Positions 47,541 through 58,260 of a stretch of DNA of 64,000 bases are shown here, piece by piece. This stretch comes from Terriglobia bacterium (GTDB taxonomy: Bacteria; Acidobacteriota; Terriglobia; Versatilivoradales; Versatilivoraceae), in contig OY762429.1 in assembly GCA_963665655.1 (NCBI GenBank), positions 181,444-245,443 on the forward strand, written 5' to 3'. Every line of letters begins with the position of its first letter. The first letter of the stretch is position 1. The position numbers and the translations under genes were made by a program. The notes below the pieces were generated by a model. It searched no databases and was not told the origin of the DNA. It was given only the letters and a program-made list of their open reading frames with translations.

Positions 47541-47798
47541 ATGAGTACCGATACTGTCGTTCGCGCTCGAATCGATAGCGGCACGAAAACACAAGCCGCG
47601 GAAGCGTTGCAAGCCATGGGCTTGTCGGTATCCGATGCCATTCGTCTGCTGTTGCTGCGAGTGGCAGAGGAAAAGCGGCTGCCCTTTGCCGTCCAGGTAC
47701 CGAATGCCACCACGGTCAAGGCCATGAAGGAACTGGACGCGGGCAAGGGAAAACGTTTCGGTAGCGCCGAGGAGCTGTTCCAGGATCTCGGCGTCTGA
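47541..47798 (+). CDS. RelB/DinJ-family antitoxin
   Basis: VRARID..TK.QAAEALQAMGLSVSDAIRLLL.RVA.E..LPF....PN.TT. Confidence 0.92.
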   Translation: MSTDTVVRARIDSGTKTQAAEALQAMGLSVSDAIRLLLLRVAEEKRLPFAVQVPNATTVKAMKELDAGKGKRFGSAEELFQDLGV

Positions 47799-47799
47799 C

Positions 47800-48072
47800 A
47801 TGCCGACCCCGGTTCGATCAACGCAGTTCAAACGCGACGCAAGAAGAGCCGGCAAGCGAGGCAAGGATCTGGCCAAGCTGCGGGGTTTGCTGGCGTCTTT
47901 GATCCGGCAGGAACCTTTATCCGATCACTGTCTCGATCATCCACTAAGGGGAACTTGGAAGGGTTATCGGGAGGCTCATATCGAGCCGGACCGGCTTCTG
48001 ATCTATCGCGTCGGAGGAGATGAACTGCACTTGGTCCGTACCGGCTCCCATGCTGACCTCTTCAAGGAGTAA
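47800..48072 (+). CDS. YafQ-family mRNA interferase toxin
   Basis: FKRD...DHPLRGTWKGYREAHIEPD.LLIY...RTGSHADLF. Confidence 0.92.
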   Translation: MPTPVRSTQFKRDARRAGKRGKDLAKLRGLLASLIRQEPLSDHCLDHPLRGTWKGYREAHIEPDRLLIYRVGGDELHLVRTGSHADLFKE

Positions 48073-48142
48073 CCCTCCTCGCCTGACGGAGATGCCGCAG
48101 GTCTGCGACCTCGGCGTCAAGCGCTATTCCAAGGAATTGGAA

Positions 48143-49243
48143 ATGAGATCTCCAGAAGGTCTCTTGACCACCCTTCCGCACGGCTCCAGGATTCTGTTCA
48201 TCCGGCTGCGCTCTCTGGGCGACACCATTTTGTCCACCCCTCTCTACGCCGCCCTCAAGGCCTGGAGGCCGGATCTGCGGCTGTCCGTGCTGGTGGAAGT
48301 CCCCTTTGATGAAGCTCTGTATCGTAATCCCGATCTGGAATCCGTGTATCCCGTGCAGATCCACGGGACCCGACGGCGGTCCACCGCCATGGCTCGCTGG
48401 CGGAGGCTGCGGCAGATCCGGCGAAAGCGGTTCGACTGCTGCATCAATCTGCACGGTGGCGCCACCAGCGCATGGCTCACGGGGATGAGCGGGGCTCGCT
48501 ATCGAATCGGCCTGCACGGCTATCGCAATGCCTTCTGCTACAACGTTCGGACGAAGCTGCCGTCGCCTCCGCCCGGGGTCCGATGGCACTCGGCCAGATT
48601 CCAATTGGAGTGGCTCTATCGACTGGGCCTGCAGGAAGGTCCCGATCCTCCGGCTCGCCTCTTCCCGGACCCGAGTCTCCGGTCCGTCGTGGAGGCTCGC
48701 CTGCGGGATGCCGGTCTCGATCCCTCCCGGCCCCTCTGCGTCATTCAGCCCAGTTCCCGCTTCCATACCAAGGAGTGGACGGATTCCGGATTTGCCGAGA
48801 TCTGCGATTCCCTGCAGGAGTACGGCTATGCCGCATTACTGGTCGGTACCGAGGAGGAGAAACCCAAGATCAGGAGGGTGGCCGGCCTCTGCCGACACCG
48901 GCCTGCTTCGATTTGGGGCCTTACGATCTCCGAATTGACCTGGGTGTTGGATCGGGCCAGTCTGTTCGTGGGCAACGACAGCGGTCCCACCCACATGGCG
49001 GCCGCCCTGGGAGTCCCCGTGCTGGTGCTCTTCGGGTCCTCCGACTCAAACCTGTGGCGCCCCTGGCAGGCCATCCATGAAATCGTGCAGAATCCCTTCG
49101 ACTGCAATCCCTGCCCCGGCTACCGCTGTCATGTGTACGGCGAACCCCAGTGTATCCTGAGCATTACCCCCCAACAGGTGAAGGAAGCCTTGCAGCGCTT
49201 GCTGGAGCGCACCGGATCTCTTGAGTCGAAACACCATTGTTGA
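48143..49243 (+). CDS. GT9 (heptosyltransferase-like) glycosyltransferase
   Basis: RLRSLGDTILSTP, K.W, FVGNDSGPTHMAAALGVP.L.LFG. Confidence 0.9.
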   Translation: MRSPEGLLTTLPHGSRILFIRLRSLGDTILSTPLYAALKAWRPDLRLSVLVEVPFDEALYRNPDLESVYPVQIHGTRRRSTAMARWRRLRQIRRKRFDCCINLHGGATSAWLTGMSGARYRIGLHGYRNAFCYNVRTKLPSPPPGVRWHSARFQLEWLYRLGLQEGPDPPARLFPDPSLRSVVEARLRDAGLDPSRPLCVIQPSSRFHTKEWTDSGFAEICDSLQEYGYAALLVGTEEEKPKIRRVAGLCRHRPASIWGLTISELTWVLDRASLFVGNDSGPTHMAAALGVPVLVLFGSSDSNLWRPWQAIHEIVQNPFDCNPCPGYRCHVYGEPQCILSITPQQVKEALQRLLERTGSLESKHHC

Positions 49244-49421
49244 TTTGGGCAGGCGTGACTTGGGGGAGGCCGCGTGTTCTCGGGAGGCGGCTTTCAAGTC
49301 GCCGCCTACGCGGCTAGGAACGACGTCTCCAAACGCACAACTCTTCCAGAACGACGCCCAATAGACGAGCCCTCTGCCGTATTTTCAAAAGGCTCAACAA
49401 TCGATCGATCCGTCCGGGAGC

Positions 49422-50534
49422 CTACTGCGGCCGCAGGGACCGGGTTCTCACCGTCACCCGCTCGATGCGCTCCAGGTGGGGCCGGAAGCCGATGCCCGCA
49501 TCCGGCAGCACATGGATCCTTCCCTGAGGGTCCACTTCCACTTCCGGCTCAATCAGGTCCTTCCGGAAATAGCGCTTGCTGGCCGAAACATCGCCCGGCA
49601 ACCTGAAGTTCGCCAGGGTGGAGAGAGCCACGTTGTGGGCGCGGCCAATCCCCGTTTCCAGCATTCCCCCGCACCAGACGGGAATCCGGCGATCCCGGCA
49701 GACGTCGTGAACCCGGAGGGCTTCGGTGTAGCCGCCGACTCTCCCCAGCTTGATGTTGACGATCCGGCAGGCCCCCGCCTCGATGGCCTTGCGGGCGTCC
49801 TCGCCGTCCAGGATGGATTCGTCCAGACAGATGGGCGTGCGCAGGACCTTCTGGAGCTGGACGTGGTCCAGGATGTCGTTCCAGGCCAGGGGCTGCTCGA
49901 TCATCAACAGATCGAAGTCGTCCAGAGCCTTCAGGTGCTCCAGGTCGGCCAGGCTGTAGGCCGAGTTGGCATCGCACATCAGCAGGATCTCGGGGAAGCG
50001 CCTTCGGACTTCCCTCACCACGGCCACGTCCCACCCCGGCTTGATCTTCATCTTGATTCGCTGGTAGCCCGCCAGCAGCTCCTGCTCGATCTTGTCGAGC
50101 AACTTGCCGGGGCTCTCCTGAATTCCGATGGAGACCCCGCAATCCAGGGTCTTGCGCCGCCCCCCAAGCAGTTGGTGCAGGGGCTTCCCCTGCAGGCGGG
50201 CGTAGAGGTCCCAGATGGCCGTCTCCACGGCGGCCTTGGCCATATTGTGGCCTCGGATGGGTCTGAGCAGGGGAGCCACCTCCCGTGGATGGGAGATTTC
50301 CGCGGCAAACACCCTGGGGACCACGAAGTCCTGGAGCACGTGCCAGGCGGTTGCGGTGGATTCGTGATTGTAGAAAGGGCCCTCGGGAGCGGTGGACTCT
50401 CCGTAGCCGACCAAGCCCTCCCCCAGGACTCGAACCAGAATCACCCGCCGCAGGGTGGTTCGGCCGAAGCTGGTCTCGAAAAAGGAGATCAGCGGCATCT
50501 GCACTTCACGGAGCTCGATCTGTTCGATCTTCAT
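49422..50534 (-). CDS. menC: o-Succinylbenzoate synthase / N-acylamino acid racemase (enolase superfamily)
   Basis: [61 protein letters not shown]. Confidence 0.9.
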   Translation of the reverse strand: MKIEQIELREVQMPLISFFETSFGRTTLRRVILVRVLGEGLVGYGESTAPEGPFYNHESTATAWHVLQDFVVPRVFAAEISHPREVAPLLRPIRGHNMAKAAVETAIWDLYARLQGKPLHQLLGGRRKTLDCGVSIGIQESPGKLLDKIEQELLAGYQRIKMKIKPGWDVAVVREVRRRFPEILLMCDANSAYSLADLEHLKALDDFDLLMIEQPLAWNDILDHVQLQKVLRTPICLDESILDGEDARKAIEAGACRIVNIKLGRVGGYTEALRVHDVCRDRRIPVWCGGMLETGIGRAHNVALSTLANFRLPGDVSASKRYFRKDLIEPEVEVDPQGRIHVLPDAGIGFRPHLERIERVTVRTRSLRPQ

Positions 50535-51667
50535 AGATTCAAGGCCAGTTGGGTCAGCAACGCGGCTCGTGGAGCCAGGCTTTCCACCAGCACATGTTCG
50601 TGCAGGGCGTGAGGGCCGGCGCCGTCAGGGCCCAGGCCATCCAGGGTCGGGACCCCCAGGGCCGCGGTGAAGCAACCGTCGCTGCCTCCACCGGTCGAGC
50701 CCTCCTGCAGGTCGATGCCCAGCTCGGCAGCAAGCTGCCGTGCCTCCCGGTACAGTTGAATGACCTGATCATTGCGTTCCAGGGGTGGCCGATTCATGCT
50801 TCCCCGAACGGCAAGCCGGCTTCCCTTGACCCGGGGCTGGAGCCCCTGGATGCAGCCCGTGATTCGCTCTCCCTCGGCCCGGGTGGCCACCCGCACGTCC
50901 ACCTCCAGTTCAGCCCGGTCGGCGATCACGTTGGAGCGGGAACCCCCGCGGATCACCCCCGGATTGACCGTGGTCCCCAGATCCAGGTTGTTCAGCTTGT
51001 AGAGCTCCAGGACCTGGTAGGCCAGCTCCTGAATGGCGCTCACCCCCTTCGGGTAGTCCACGCCGGCATGGGCCGCCACACCACCGGCCGAAATCGAGAA
51101 GGTTCCAACGCCCTTGCGGGCGGTCTTGACGGCGCCCCCCGGCAGGCAGGGCTCCAGTACCAGAACGGCCCGGCAATCCCGGGCTTCCCTTTCGATCAGG
51201 GCGCGGGCCGTTCGCGTGCCTGTTTCCTCGTCCGAGTCGAGCAGGATGGTCAGGGGGCGCTTCAACCGCCCCTGGCCGCTTGACAGGTAGTGGGCCAGCG
51301 CCAGCATCAGGGTGGTGCCGCCGCGCATGTCGAAAGAAGCAGGTCCGAAGATCTTCCCCTCTTCCAGCCTGGCCGGACGGCGCTCGGCCTCTCCCATTCC
51401 CCAAACCGTATCCAGGTGTCCCAGCAACAGCAGGGGTTTTCCCCGGGCATCGGGACCTGAAAACCTGGCCAGCAGGTGGTTTCCCGCCTCCGGGTTGGGG
51501 ACCAGTTCCACCGCGGCGCCGCAACTGCCGAACCGGTGGCCCATCCGGCGGGCCAGCCGATCCAGCGCCGGCTTGTTGTCCGAAGGCGAATCGGTGTTGA
51601 TCAGGTCCATCAGCCAGCGGACCATCTGCGGTTCCAGATCGCGAAAGTAGGAGAGGAGCGTGCTCAT
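50531..51667 (-). CDS. M20 metallopeptidase (carboxypeptidase G2-like)
   Basis: GHLDTVW, DMRGG, SDEE, LEP, AHAG, GGSDG, HALHEH; overlaps the menC start. Confidence 0.9.
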   Translation of the reverse strand: MSTLLSYFRDLEPQMVRWLMDLINTDSPSDNKPALDRLARRMGHRFGSCGAAVELVPNPEAGNHLLARFSGPDARGKPLLLLGHLDTVWGMGEAERRPARLEEGKIFGPASFDMRGGTTLMLALAHYLSSGQGRLKRPLTILLDSDEETGTRTARALIEREARDCRAVLVLEPCLPGGAVKTARKGVGTFSISAGGVAAHAGVDYPKGVSAIQELAYQVLELYKLNNLDLGTTVNPGVIRGGSRSNVIADRAELEVDVRVATRAEGERITGCIQGLQPRVKGSRLAVRGSMNRPPLERNDQVIQLYREARQLAAELGIDLQEGSTGGGSDGCFTAALGVPTLDGLGPDGAGPHALHEHVLVESLAPRAALLTQLALNL

Positions 51668-52149
51668 GGAAAGAATGTCGGGGGTCGCGGGTTCCGACCC
51701 GCTTCACGGCTCGGCGGGACAAGCCCGTCCCGCGGGGGGTTGGGGAGGCCTCATGCGATGCGGGCCAAAGGACTTCCAATCACGCCGTTTCCATCCTTTG
51801 CCGCCGCCCGACCGGAAATGGCCGCCCGGGGCCCGATGGCGCCGACCTCCGCAAAAATGCCGCCACAAAATACCACAGTTGTCCGGTGACCGAGGGCATT
51901 TTCGGCCCACACCGGAGGCGCTGCAATCCGGTTCGGGCAGAATTCCCATGAGGGAGTCCCTCTACCGAATCTTTCCGTCGTCCGCAGGCCATTTACCATA
52001 AATTTACGCGAATGACACAGCGGTTCTTGCTAACATAACAAGCCCCTCGCGGAATTAATGACAATCGGGGTAGCGCCCCGCAACTCGGGACATGAACCGG
52101 CGAGTCACATCGACCGCCGCCAGGCCTCTCCCAAGAAAGGCAAACCGAA

Positions 52150-53586
52150 ATGAATTCCTCACGACGATCGTTTCTGAAGGCGTCCGGGGCCTGCACCATG
52201 GGCTTTCTGGGGCTTCGATCTCTTACCGGCCACGGATTTTCAAAGCCGGCCCCCAAATCCAATGCTCCCGCCGGCTATGGAGATCTGCAGCCGGACCCCC
52301 AGGGGGTGATTGAACTTCCCGCGGGTTTCACTTACCGGATCTTGTCCGAGGTGGGAGAGTTGATGGACGACGGCTACAGAGTTCCGGGCCTGCATGACGG
52401 GATGGCTGCCTTTCCGGGTCCGGCAGGCAGCACCATCCTGGTCCGCAATCACGAGCTGGGCATCGATCACCAGACCATCGGAGCCTTTGGACCCATCAAC
52501 CAGTTGCTCAAGACCGCAGACCGAGAGAAATTGTACGACGCCGGTCGCAGGAGGAGGCCCTGCCTGGGGGGAACCACCACGGTGGTCTACAACACCCGCG
52601 AGATGCGCCTGGAAAAGCACTTCCTGAGCCTGGGCGGAACGGTTCGCAACTGCGCGGGAGGACCGACTCCCTGGGGAAGCTGGATCACCTGCGAGGAGAC
52701 GATTCAGAGAGAGGAGGGACTCTACGCCAGGGACCACGGCTACAACTTCGAAGTGCCGGCCAGCAGCAAGGTCGGGTTGACTCCCGCCGTTCCCCTGAAA
52801 GCCATGGGACGCTTCGTGCATGAAGCCGTGGCCGTCGATCCCAAATCCGGCATCGTCTATGAAACCGAGGACCGAGGTGACGGGCTGCTGTATCGCTTCA
52901 TCCCGGACAAACCCGGCCAACTGGCGGCCGGCGGACGTTTGCAGGTATTGAAAGTGAAGGGGAAACCCGGTCTGGACACCCGTAACTGGAACGCGCGCAG
53001 AGTGCTGCCGGGACATGTTTTCGAGGTGGAGTGGGCCGACATCGATGAGGTCGAGTCACCCGACGACGATCTGCGCTATCGGGGTTTCGAGGATCTGGGC
53101 GCGGCCCGCTTCGCCCGGGGAGAAGGCATGTGGTGGGACAAGGGATGGATCTATTTCGTCTGCACCAACGGCGGTCTGAACCAGAAGGGGCAGGTGTGGC
53201 GATACGCCCCCAGTTCCAAGGAAGGAAAACCCGGCGAGAAAAAAAGCCCCGGCAAGCTGGAACTGTTCATTGAGCCCAACGACGGCAACCTGGTCGAGAA
53301 CGCCGACAACCTCACCGTAGCGCCCTGGGGCGACCTGGTCTTGTGCGAGGACGGACCGGATGAGCAATTCCTCGTCGGGGTGACTCCGCGGGGCGATCTC
53401 TACAAGCTCGGCCGGAACGTATTCAACAACTCCGAGTTTGCCGGTTCGACCTTTTCACCCGACGGCACCACCCTCTTCGCCAACATCCAGAATCCGGGCA
53501 TCACCCTGGCCATCAGGGGACCCTGGCTGGAGAGAAATGCGGGTTCAGCCGGCATCCTTTTCAAGCACCCCCTCCCCGCTAGCTGA
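52150..53586 (+). CDS. phoX: PhoX-family alkaline phosphatase (Tat-exported)
   Basis: SRRSFLK twin-arginine signal; HDGMAAF, LVRNHE, NCAGGPTPWGSWITCEE, GRFVHEA, DNLTV, CED, SEFAG. Confidence 0.9.
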   Translation: MNSSRRSFLKASGACTMGFLGLRSLTGHGFSKPAPKSNAPAGYGDLQPDPQGVIELPAGFTYRILSEVGELMDDGYRVPGLHDGMAAFPGPAGSTILVRNHELGIDHQTIGAFGPINQLLKTADREKLYDAGRRRRPCLGGTTTVVYNTREMRLEKHFLSLGGTVRNCAGGPTPWGSWITCEETIQREEGLYARDHGYNFEVPASSKVGLTPAVPLKAMGRFVHEAVAVDPKSGIVYETEDRGDGLLYRFIPDKPGQLAAGGRLQVLKVKGKPGLDTRNWNARRVLPGHVFEVEWADIDEVESPDDDLRYRGFEDLGAARFARGEGMWWDKGWIYFVCTNGGLNQKGQVWRYAPSSKEGKPGEKKSPGKLELFIEPNDGNLVENADNLTVAPWGDLVLCEDGPDEQFLVGVTPRGDLYKLGRNVFNNSEFAGSTFSPDGTTLFANIQNPGITLAIRGPWLERNAGSAGILFKHPLPAS

Positions 53587-53589
53587 GAG

Positions 53590-53950
53590 GGGGATAGCGG
53601 ATAAGCAAGCGTGTCTCCCTCTCCACGCCCGCCCGTCCACACCTTTGAGCGCCTGGAGAGGCATTGCCCGACTCAGCACTGTGGCAGGCATTCCACCTCT
53701 CCCGACCTCGCGATTCCGGTTCCTCCATGCCGGCATTTGGGCGCCTACGACCCTGAGCGTTGCCCAAATGCCTCCTTTGCACTAGAATTCCAGCCAAATG
53801 GCTCGATACCGCAGCCTATCGCGATCAACCGCTCCGGCGGCCAAAGGGCAGTTCCAAGAGCACCCTTTGTCCGACAGCCACATGCTTTTGGACGCCCATC
53901 CAGGCTGAACGACTCCAGGGGAGCTTCCCCGCTCAAGTGGCTGTGGGATA
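53590..53950 (-). ncRNA. Candidate structured non-coding RNA of unknown class
   Basis: Downstream of a minus-strand TTGACA/TAGTCT promoter; several long hairpins; no recognisable ORF. Confidence 0.4.
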
Positions 53951-53953
53951 GAA

Positions 53954-53981
53954 AGACTAACATAAATATACCGCATGTCAA
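53954..53981 (-). promoter_or_regulatory. Sigma70-type promoter TTGACA-N16-TAGTCT with extended -10 TG
   Basis: Minus strand ttgaca tgcggtatatttatgt tagtct. Confidence 0.6.
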
Positions 53982-54259
53982 GCGTGTTTTTACCGCATTT
54001 GCAAAATAATTCCGCTCGCCGAGCGACAATTTCTGCGCCTGAACGTCATTTCGTTGAAAACAAACCCATTGGACTTTCCTGCCGATAATGGATTTCACCG
54101 ACTCGGCTCTTTCTCCCGGGACAGGGAAAGCAGAAACCTTGAGACTGCCGAACGACGGGATGAACCCACGAGCATCTCCGGCTTCTGATCCGCTTCAGGC
54201 CGAATCTCGACGGGCCGGAATGCCCTCTCCTACCCCAATCCGTCGTAAAGACTTCGTCC

Positions 54260-57094
54260 ATGTCTTCACTTGTCACGCCCAAATTCATTGACATGAAATG
54301 GGTTAGATCCACACTGAAACGACTTTCCCTGGAAGCCCGGCTCAGCCAGCTCATCATGCCGGCCATCCGCGGGATTCACCTCAATGAAGCCGGCGACGAA
54401 TGGAGGCAGCTACGGCATCAGGCGCGAGAACTCGGCATGGGCGGTTTCATTCTCTTCGAGGGGGACATCTACGAGTCGGCCGTCCTCATCGACCGACTGC
54501 AATCCCAGGCAGGGATTCCCCTGCTGATCGGATCCGACTTCGAGCGGGGGGCTGCCTTCCGCATTCGCCATACCCTTCCCCTGCCCTGGAACATGGCCGT
54601 GGGAGCCACCCGATCGGAGCGGTGGGCCTACCGGCAGGGACGGATCACCGCCCAGGAAGCCCGAGCCCTGGGGGTCAACTGGATCTTTGCCCCGGTGGTG
54701 GACGTCAACAACAACCCGGCCAATCCGGTCATCAACATCCGCTCCTATGGAGAGGACCCGGAAATGGTGGCCCGCATGGGTGCAGCGTTCGTGGCCGGAG
54801 CTCAGCAGGCCAGGGTGCTGGCGACGGCCAAGCATTTTCCGGGCCATGGCGATACCGAGGTGGACTCCCACCTGTCCCTGCCGGTGATTCCGGTTCAGCG
54901 TCCACGGTTGGAACGCATCGAGTGGGTTCCCTTCCGGGAGCTGATCCGGGGAGGCGTCATGACGGTCATGACGGCGCACATCGCAGTCCCGGCCCTGGAA
55001 AAGGACCCTCGCCGCCCGGCCACGCTTTCGACGGCGGTACTGGAGCAGGTCTTGAGGAATGAACTTGGGTTTCGGGGTCTGATCGTGTCCGACTCCATGA
55101 GGATGAAGGGGCTGACCCGAGGCTGCTGGAGCGGTGAAGCGGCTGTTCAGGCCCTGGAGGCCGGTGTGGATGTCCTGCTGGACCCACCCGACGCCCAGGT
55201 CGTCTTGGGCGCATTGCTGGAAGCGGTGAAGACCGGCCGCCTTTCCCAGGCCCGGGTGGACCGATCGGTTGAGCGCATCCTGCAAGCCAAGGCCTGGCTG
55301 GGGCTGAGCCGGCGGAAGCGAACCGACCTGCCGCGGCTGGCTCGAAGGATCAATGCTCCCGCACTCCGGCAGCAAGTCCAAGACCTGGCCGATGCTTCCG
55401 TCACCCTGGTGAAGGACGATCCCTCTCAACTGCCGCTGGACGTCCGTGGAATCCGCTCGGGACACCTGATCATCGCTTCCGCCAGGCCATCCCCGGGCGC
55501 TGCCGCCGATCTGGAGGGTCACCTCAGGACGAGACTCGATTCCCTGGAGGTCGATCGTCTCTCTTCCGAAGCGGCTCCATCGCTGCTGAACCAGGCCAAA
55601 AGCCGGGCAGCCAACGCCGACCTCTGCGTGGTCGCCCTCCACGTGCCGCTGGTGACCGGGACCGGCCGTCTGGGACTGCCGCTCCTTCTGGCGGACTGGT
55701 TGAAGGAACTGGTCCGGGTCAAGCCGTCCGCCCTGCTGATTTCCCTGGGCGACCCCTACCTGATTCGGCAGCTCTCCTTTTTCCGCACCTATCTCTGCAC
55801 CTACAGCCACGTTTCCTCTTCCCAGGGGGCGGCAGTGAAGGCGCTCTTCGGAGAAATTCCCGCGGCCGGCCGGCTGCCCGTGTCGATTCCGGGCGTAGCC
55901 GAACGGGACACCGGCCTCCGCCGGGAAGCCTTGCCGATGGTCCTGGGAAGGACACGCCCGGACGAATCCAACCCGTCCCCAAAGGATATCCGCGGCCTGC
56001 GAACCAGGCTTCAACGGCTTGTCGGGCGCTTCATCGACCTTCAATCCTTCCCGGGAGCCTCATTGGCCGTAGGCCACAGGGAAAAGCTGCTGATTTGCCG
56101 AGGTTACGGCGGGCTGGACTACACCTCGACCAGCCCTCCGGCAGGTCCGAATTCCGTCTACGACCTGGCGTCGCTCACCAAGGTGGCGTGCACCACCACC
56201 CTGGCCATGCAGGCCTGCGAACGCGGGGCGATCGACCTGGAAGACCGGCTCGGACGCTACTTTCCAGAGTTTCGGGCGGGCCGAAAACAGCAGGTCGCAC
56301 TCAAGCATCTGCTGGCGCACTCCTCGGGGCTGCCGGCCCACCTCCCTCTCTACCGGCATGCCGGCGGCAAGGACAACATCCTGCGACGGATTCTGGACAC
56401 TCCCCTGGAGCACCCACCGGGGAGTCGGAGCCTCTACAGCGACCTGGGCTTCATCCTTCTGGGGGCCGTCCTCGAAAGAGCCTGCGGGGACAGCCTCGAC
56501 AACCTGGCTCGACAACAGATCTGGGAACCTCTGGGAATGGGCCGGACCTGCTTTCACCCTCCGTCCGCCTGGAGACCTCGGATTGCTCCCACGGAAATCG
56601 ACCCCTGGAGGAAGCGGCTGCTGAGGGGCGAGGTCCATGACGAAAACGCCTGCGCCATGGGAGGCGTGGCCGGCCACGCCGGCCTGTTCGGCACCGCGGC
56701 GGAGCTGGCGGTCTTCTGCCAGGCGCTCCTCAACGGCGGTGTCTACAACCATCGCCGCATCGTGAAGCGGAGCACCCTGGAAGCCTTCACCCAACGCCAA
56801 GCCCAGCCATCGGACAGCAGTCGCGCCCTTGGCTGGGACACCCCCGCGCCCGACAGCTCGGCCGGCAGCAGGCTGTCGCCCCAGTCCTACGGCCATACGG
56901 GGTTTACCGGAACTTCTCTGTGGATAGACCCCCGGCGCCGGCTCTTCATCGTCTTCCTGACCAACCGGGTCCATCCCTCCCGGAACAACAGCACCATCCA
57001 GTCGGCCCGCCGTCAAGTCGCAGATTCGGTGGCCGAGGCGGTGGACCAATGGGAGATAATGCAGGCGGATATGGCAGGGAGTGACGGGACATGA
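54260..57094 (+). CDS. nagZ: GH3 beta-N-acetylglucosaminidase fused to a beta-lactamase-like serine hydrolase
   Basis: DFERG, APVVDVNNNP.NPVI..RS, KHFPGHG; C-terminal YDLASLTK (SxxK), YSDLGF, GHTGFTG. Confidence 0.88.
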   Translation: MSSLVTPKFIDMKWVRSTLKRLSLEARLSQLIMPAIRGIHLNEAGDEWRQLRHQARELGMGGFILFEGDIYESAVLIDRLQSQAGIPLLIGSDFERGAAFRIRHTLPLPWNMAVGATRSERWAYRQGRITAQEARALGVNWIFAPVVDVNNNPANPVINIRSYGEDPEMVARMGAAFVAGAQQARVLATAKHFPGHGDTEVDSHLSLPVIPVQRPRLERIEWVPFRELIRGGVMTVMTAHIAVPALEKDPRRPATLSTAVLEQVLRNELGFRGLIVSDSMRMKGLTRGCWSGEAAVQALEAGVDVLLDPPDAQVVLGALLEAVKTGRLSQARVDRSVERILQAKAWLGLSRRKRTDLPRLARRINAPALRQQVQDLADASVTLVKDDPSQLPLDVRGIRSGHLIIASARPSPGAAADLEGHLRTRLDSLEVDRLSSEAAPSLLNQAKSRAANADLCVVALHVPLVTGTGRLGLPLLLADWLKELVRVKPSALLISLGDPYLIRQLSFFRTYLCTYSHVSSSQGAAVKALFGEIPAAGRLPVSIPGVAERDTGLRREALPMVLGRTRPDESNPSPKDIRGLRTRLQRLVGRFIDLQSFPGASLAVGHREKLLICRGYGGLDYTSTSPPAGPNSVYDLASLTKVACTTTLAMQACERGAIDLEDRLGRYFPEFRAGRKQQVALKHLLAHSSGLPAHLPLYRHAGGKDNILRRILDTPLEHPPGSRSLYSDLGFILLGAVLERACGDSLDNLARQQIWEPLGMGRTCFHPPSAWRPRIAPTEIDPWRKRLLRGEVHDENACAMGGVAGHAGLFGTAAELAVFCQALLNGGVYNHRRIVKRSTLEAFTQRQAQPSDSSRALGWDTPAPDSSAGSRLSPQSYGHTGFTGTSLWIDPRRRLFIVFLTNRVHPSRNNSTIQSARRQVADSVAEAVDQWEIMQADMAGSDGT

Positions 57095-58260
57095 AACGAC
57101 TGGCAGTGATCGCCGGCAGGGTCATGACTCCCGACCGGGTCATTCTGGACGGAGTGGTTCTGGTGGACGGCGCCAGGATCCTGGAAGTCGGGAGCCGGGC
57201 GGCCGTGCGGTTCTCGAGGGACGAATTCGAGGTCTTGGACCACTCCCGACACCTGCTGGCTCCAGGTTTCATCGATGTCCACATCCACGGCGCTCTGGGG
57301 CGCGATGTCATGGAGGGCACGACCGAGGCCCTCGAAGCCGTTTCCCGCTTCCTGGCGACTCACGGCACCACCTCCTTTCTGGCCACGACCATGACGGCTT
57401 CGCCCATTGCGACTCTGCAGGCCGTGGAAGCCCTGGGACGCCAAGTGGATCGACCCCTGCCGGGCGCCCGCATGCTGGGTCTACACCTGGAAGGCCCCTT
57501 CATCAATCCTGAAAAGCGCGGGGCCCATCCCGCCCGGCACATCCGCCCCCCATCCACCCTCATCTTCGAGCAGTTGCTGGCCCGCTCCGGCGGTCGCATC
57601 AAGCTGATCACGCTGGCGCCGGAAGTCGAGGGCAGCCTGGAACTGATCCGGTTCGCCCGTTCCAGAGGGGTCGTCGTCTCCCTGGGCCACTCCAACGCCA
57701 CCCTGGAAGAATCCACGGCAGCCATCGATCTGGGGGCCGGCAATGCCACCCACCTCTTCAACGCCATGAGGAGCTTCAGCCATCGCGACCCGGGAATTCT
57801 CGGCGCCGTCCTGACCGATCCACAGGTCTGGGCCGAGCTGATTGCAGACGGCGTGCACGTTTCCCCCGCAGCCGTCGAGCTTTGCCTCCGGTGCAAGGGA
57901 GCCGGGAAGATCCTCCTGATCAGCGACGCCGTCAGCGCCACCGGCATGCCCGAGGGACGGTACCGGCTGGCCGATTCGGAAATTACGCTCTCGGAGGGCG
58001 CCTGTCGAACGCCGGACGGCACCTTGGCGGGCAGCGTTCTGACCCAGGACCAGGCGCTGCGGAACCTGGTCCGGTGGAGCCGCCTGCCGGTGCAAACCGT
58101 CCTGGGCATGCTGACCCACAATCCGGCCCAATCCCTGGGACTCGCCGGCAGCAAGGGTACCCTGGCAGCAGGCAAAGACGCCGACATGGTGCTTCTGGAC
58201 CGGAACCTGCGGGTACACACCACCATCGTCCAAGGGGAGGTAAGCCACACCATTGGATAA
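57091..58260 (+). CDS. nagA: N-acetylglucosamine-6-phosphate deacetylase
   Basis: PGFIDVHIHG, HLEGPF, LAPE, GHSNA, THLFNAM, DGVHV, LISDA, LAGS. Confidence 0.95.
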   Translation: MKRLAVIAGRVMTPDRVILDGVVLVDGARILEVGSRAAVRFSRDEFEVLDHSRHLLAPGFIDVHIHGALGRDVMEGTTEALEAVSRFLATHGTTSFLATTMTASPIATLQAVEALGRQVDRPLPGARMLGLHLEGPFINPEKRGAHPARHIRPPSTLIFEQLLARSGGRIKLITLAPEVEGSLELIRFARSRGVVVSLGHSNATLEESTAAIDLGAGNATHLFNAMRSFSHRDPGILGAVLTDPQVWAELIADGVHVSPAAVELCLRCKGAGKILLISDAVSATGMPEGRYRLADSEITLSEGACRTPDGTLAGSVLTQDQALRNLVRWSRLPVQTVLGMLTHNPAQSLGLAGSKGTLAAGKDADMVLLDRNLRVHTTIVQGEVSHTIG

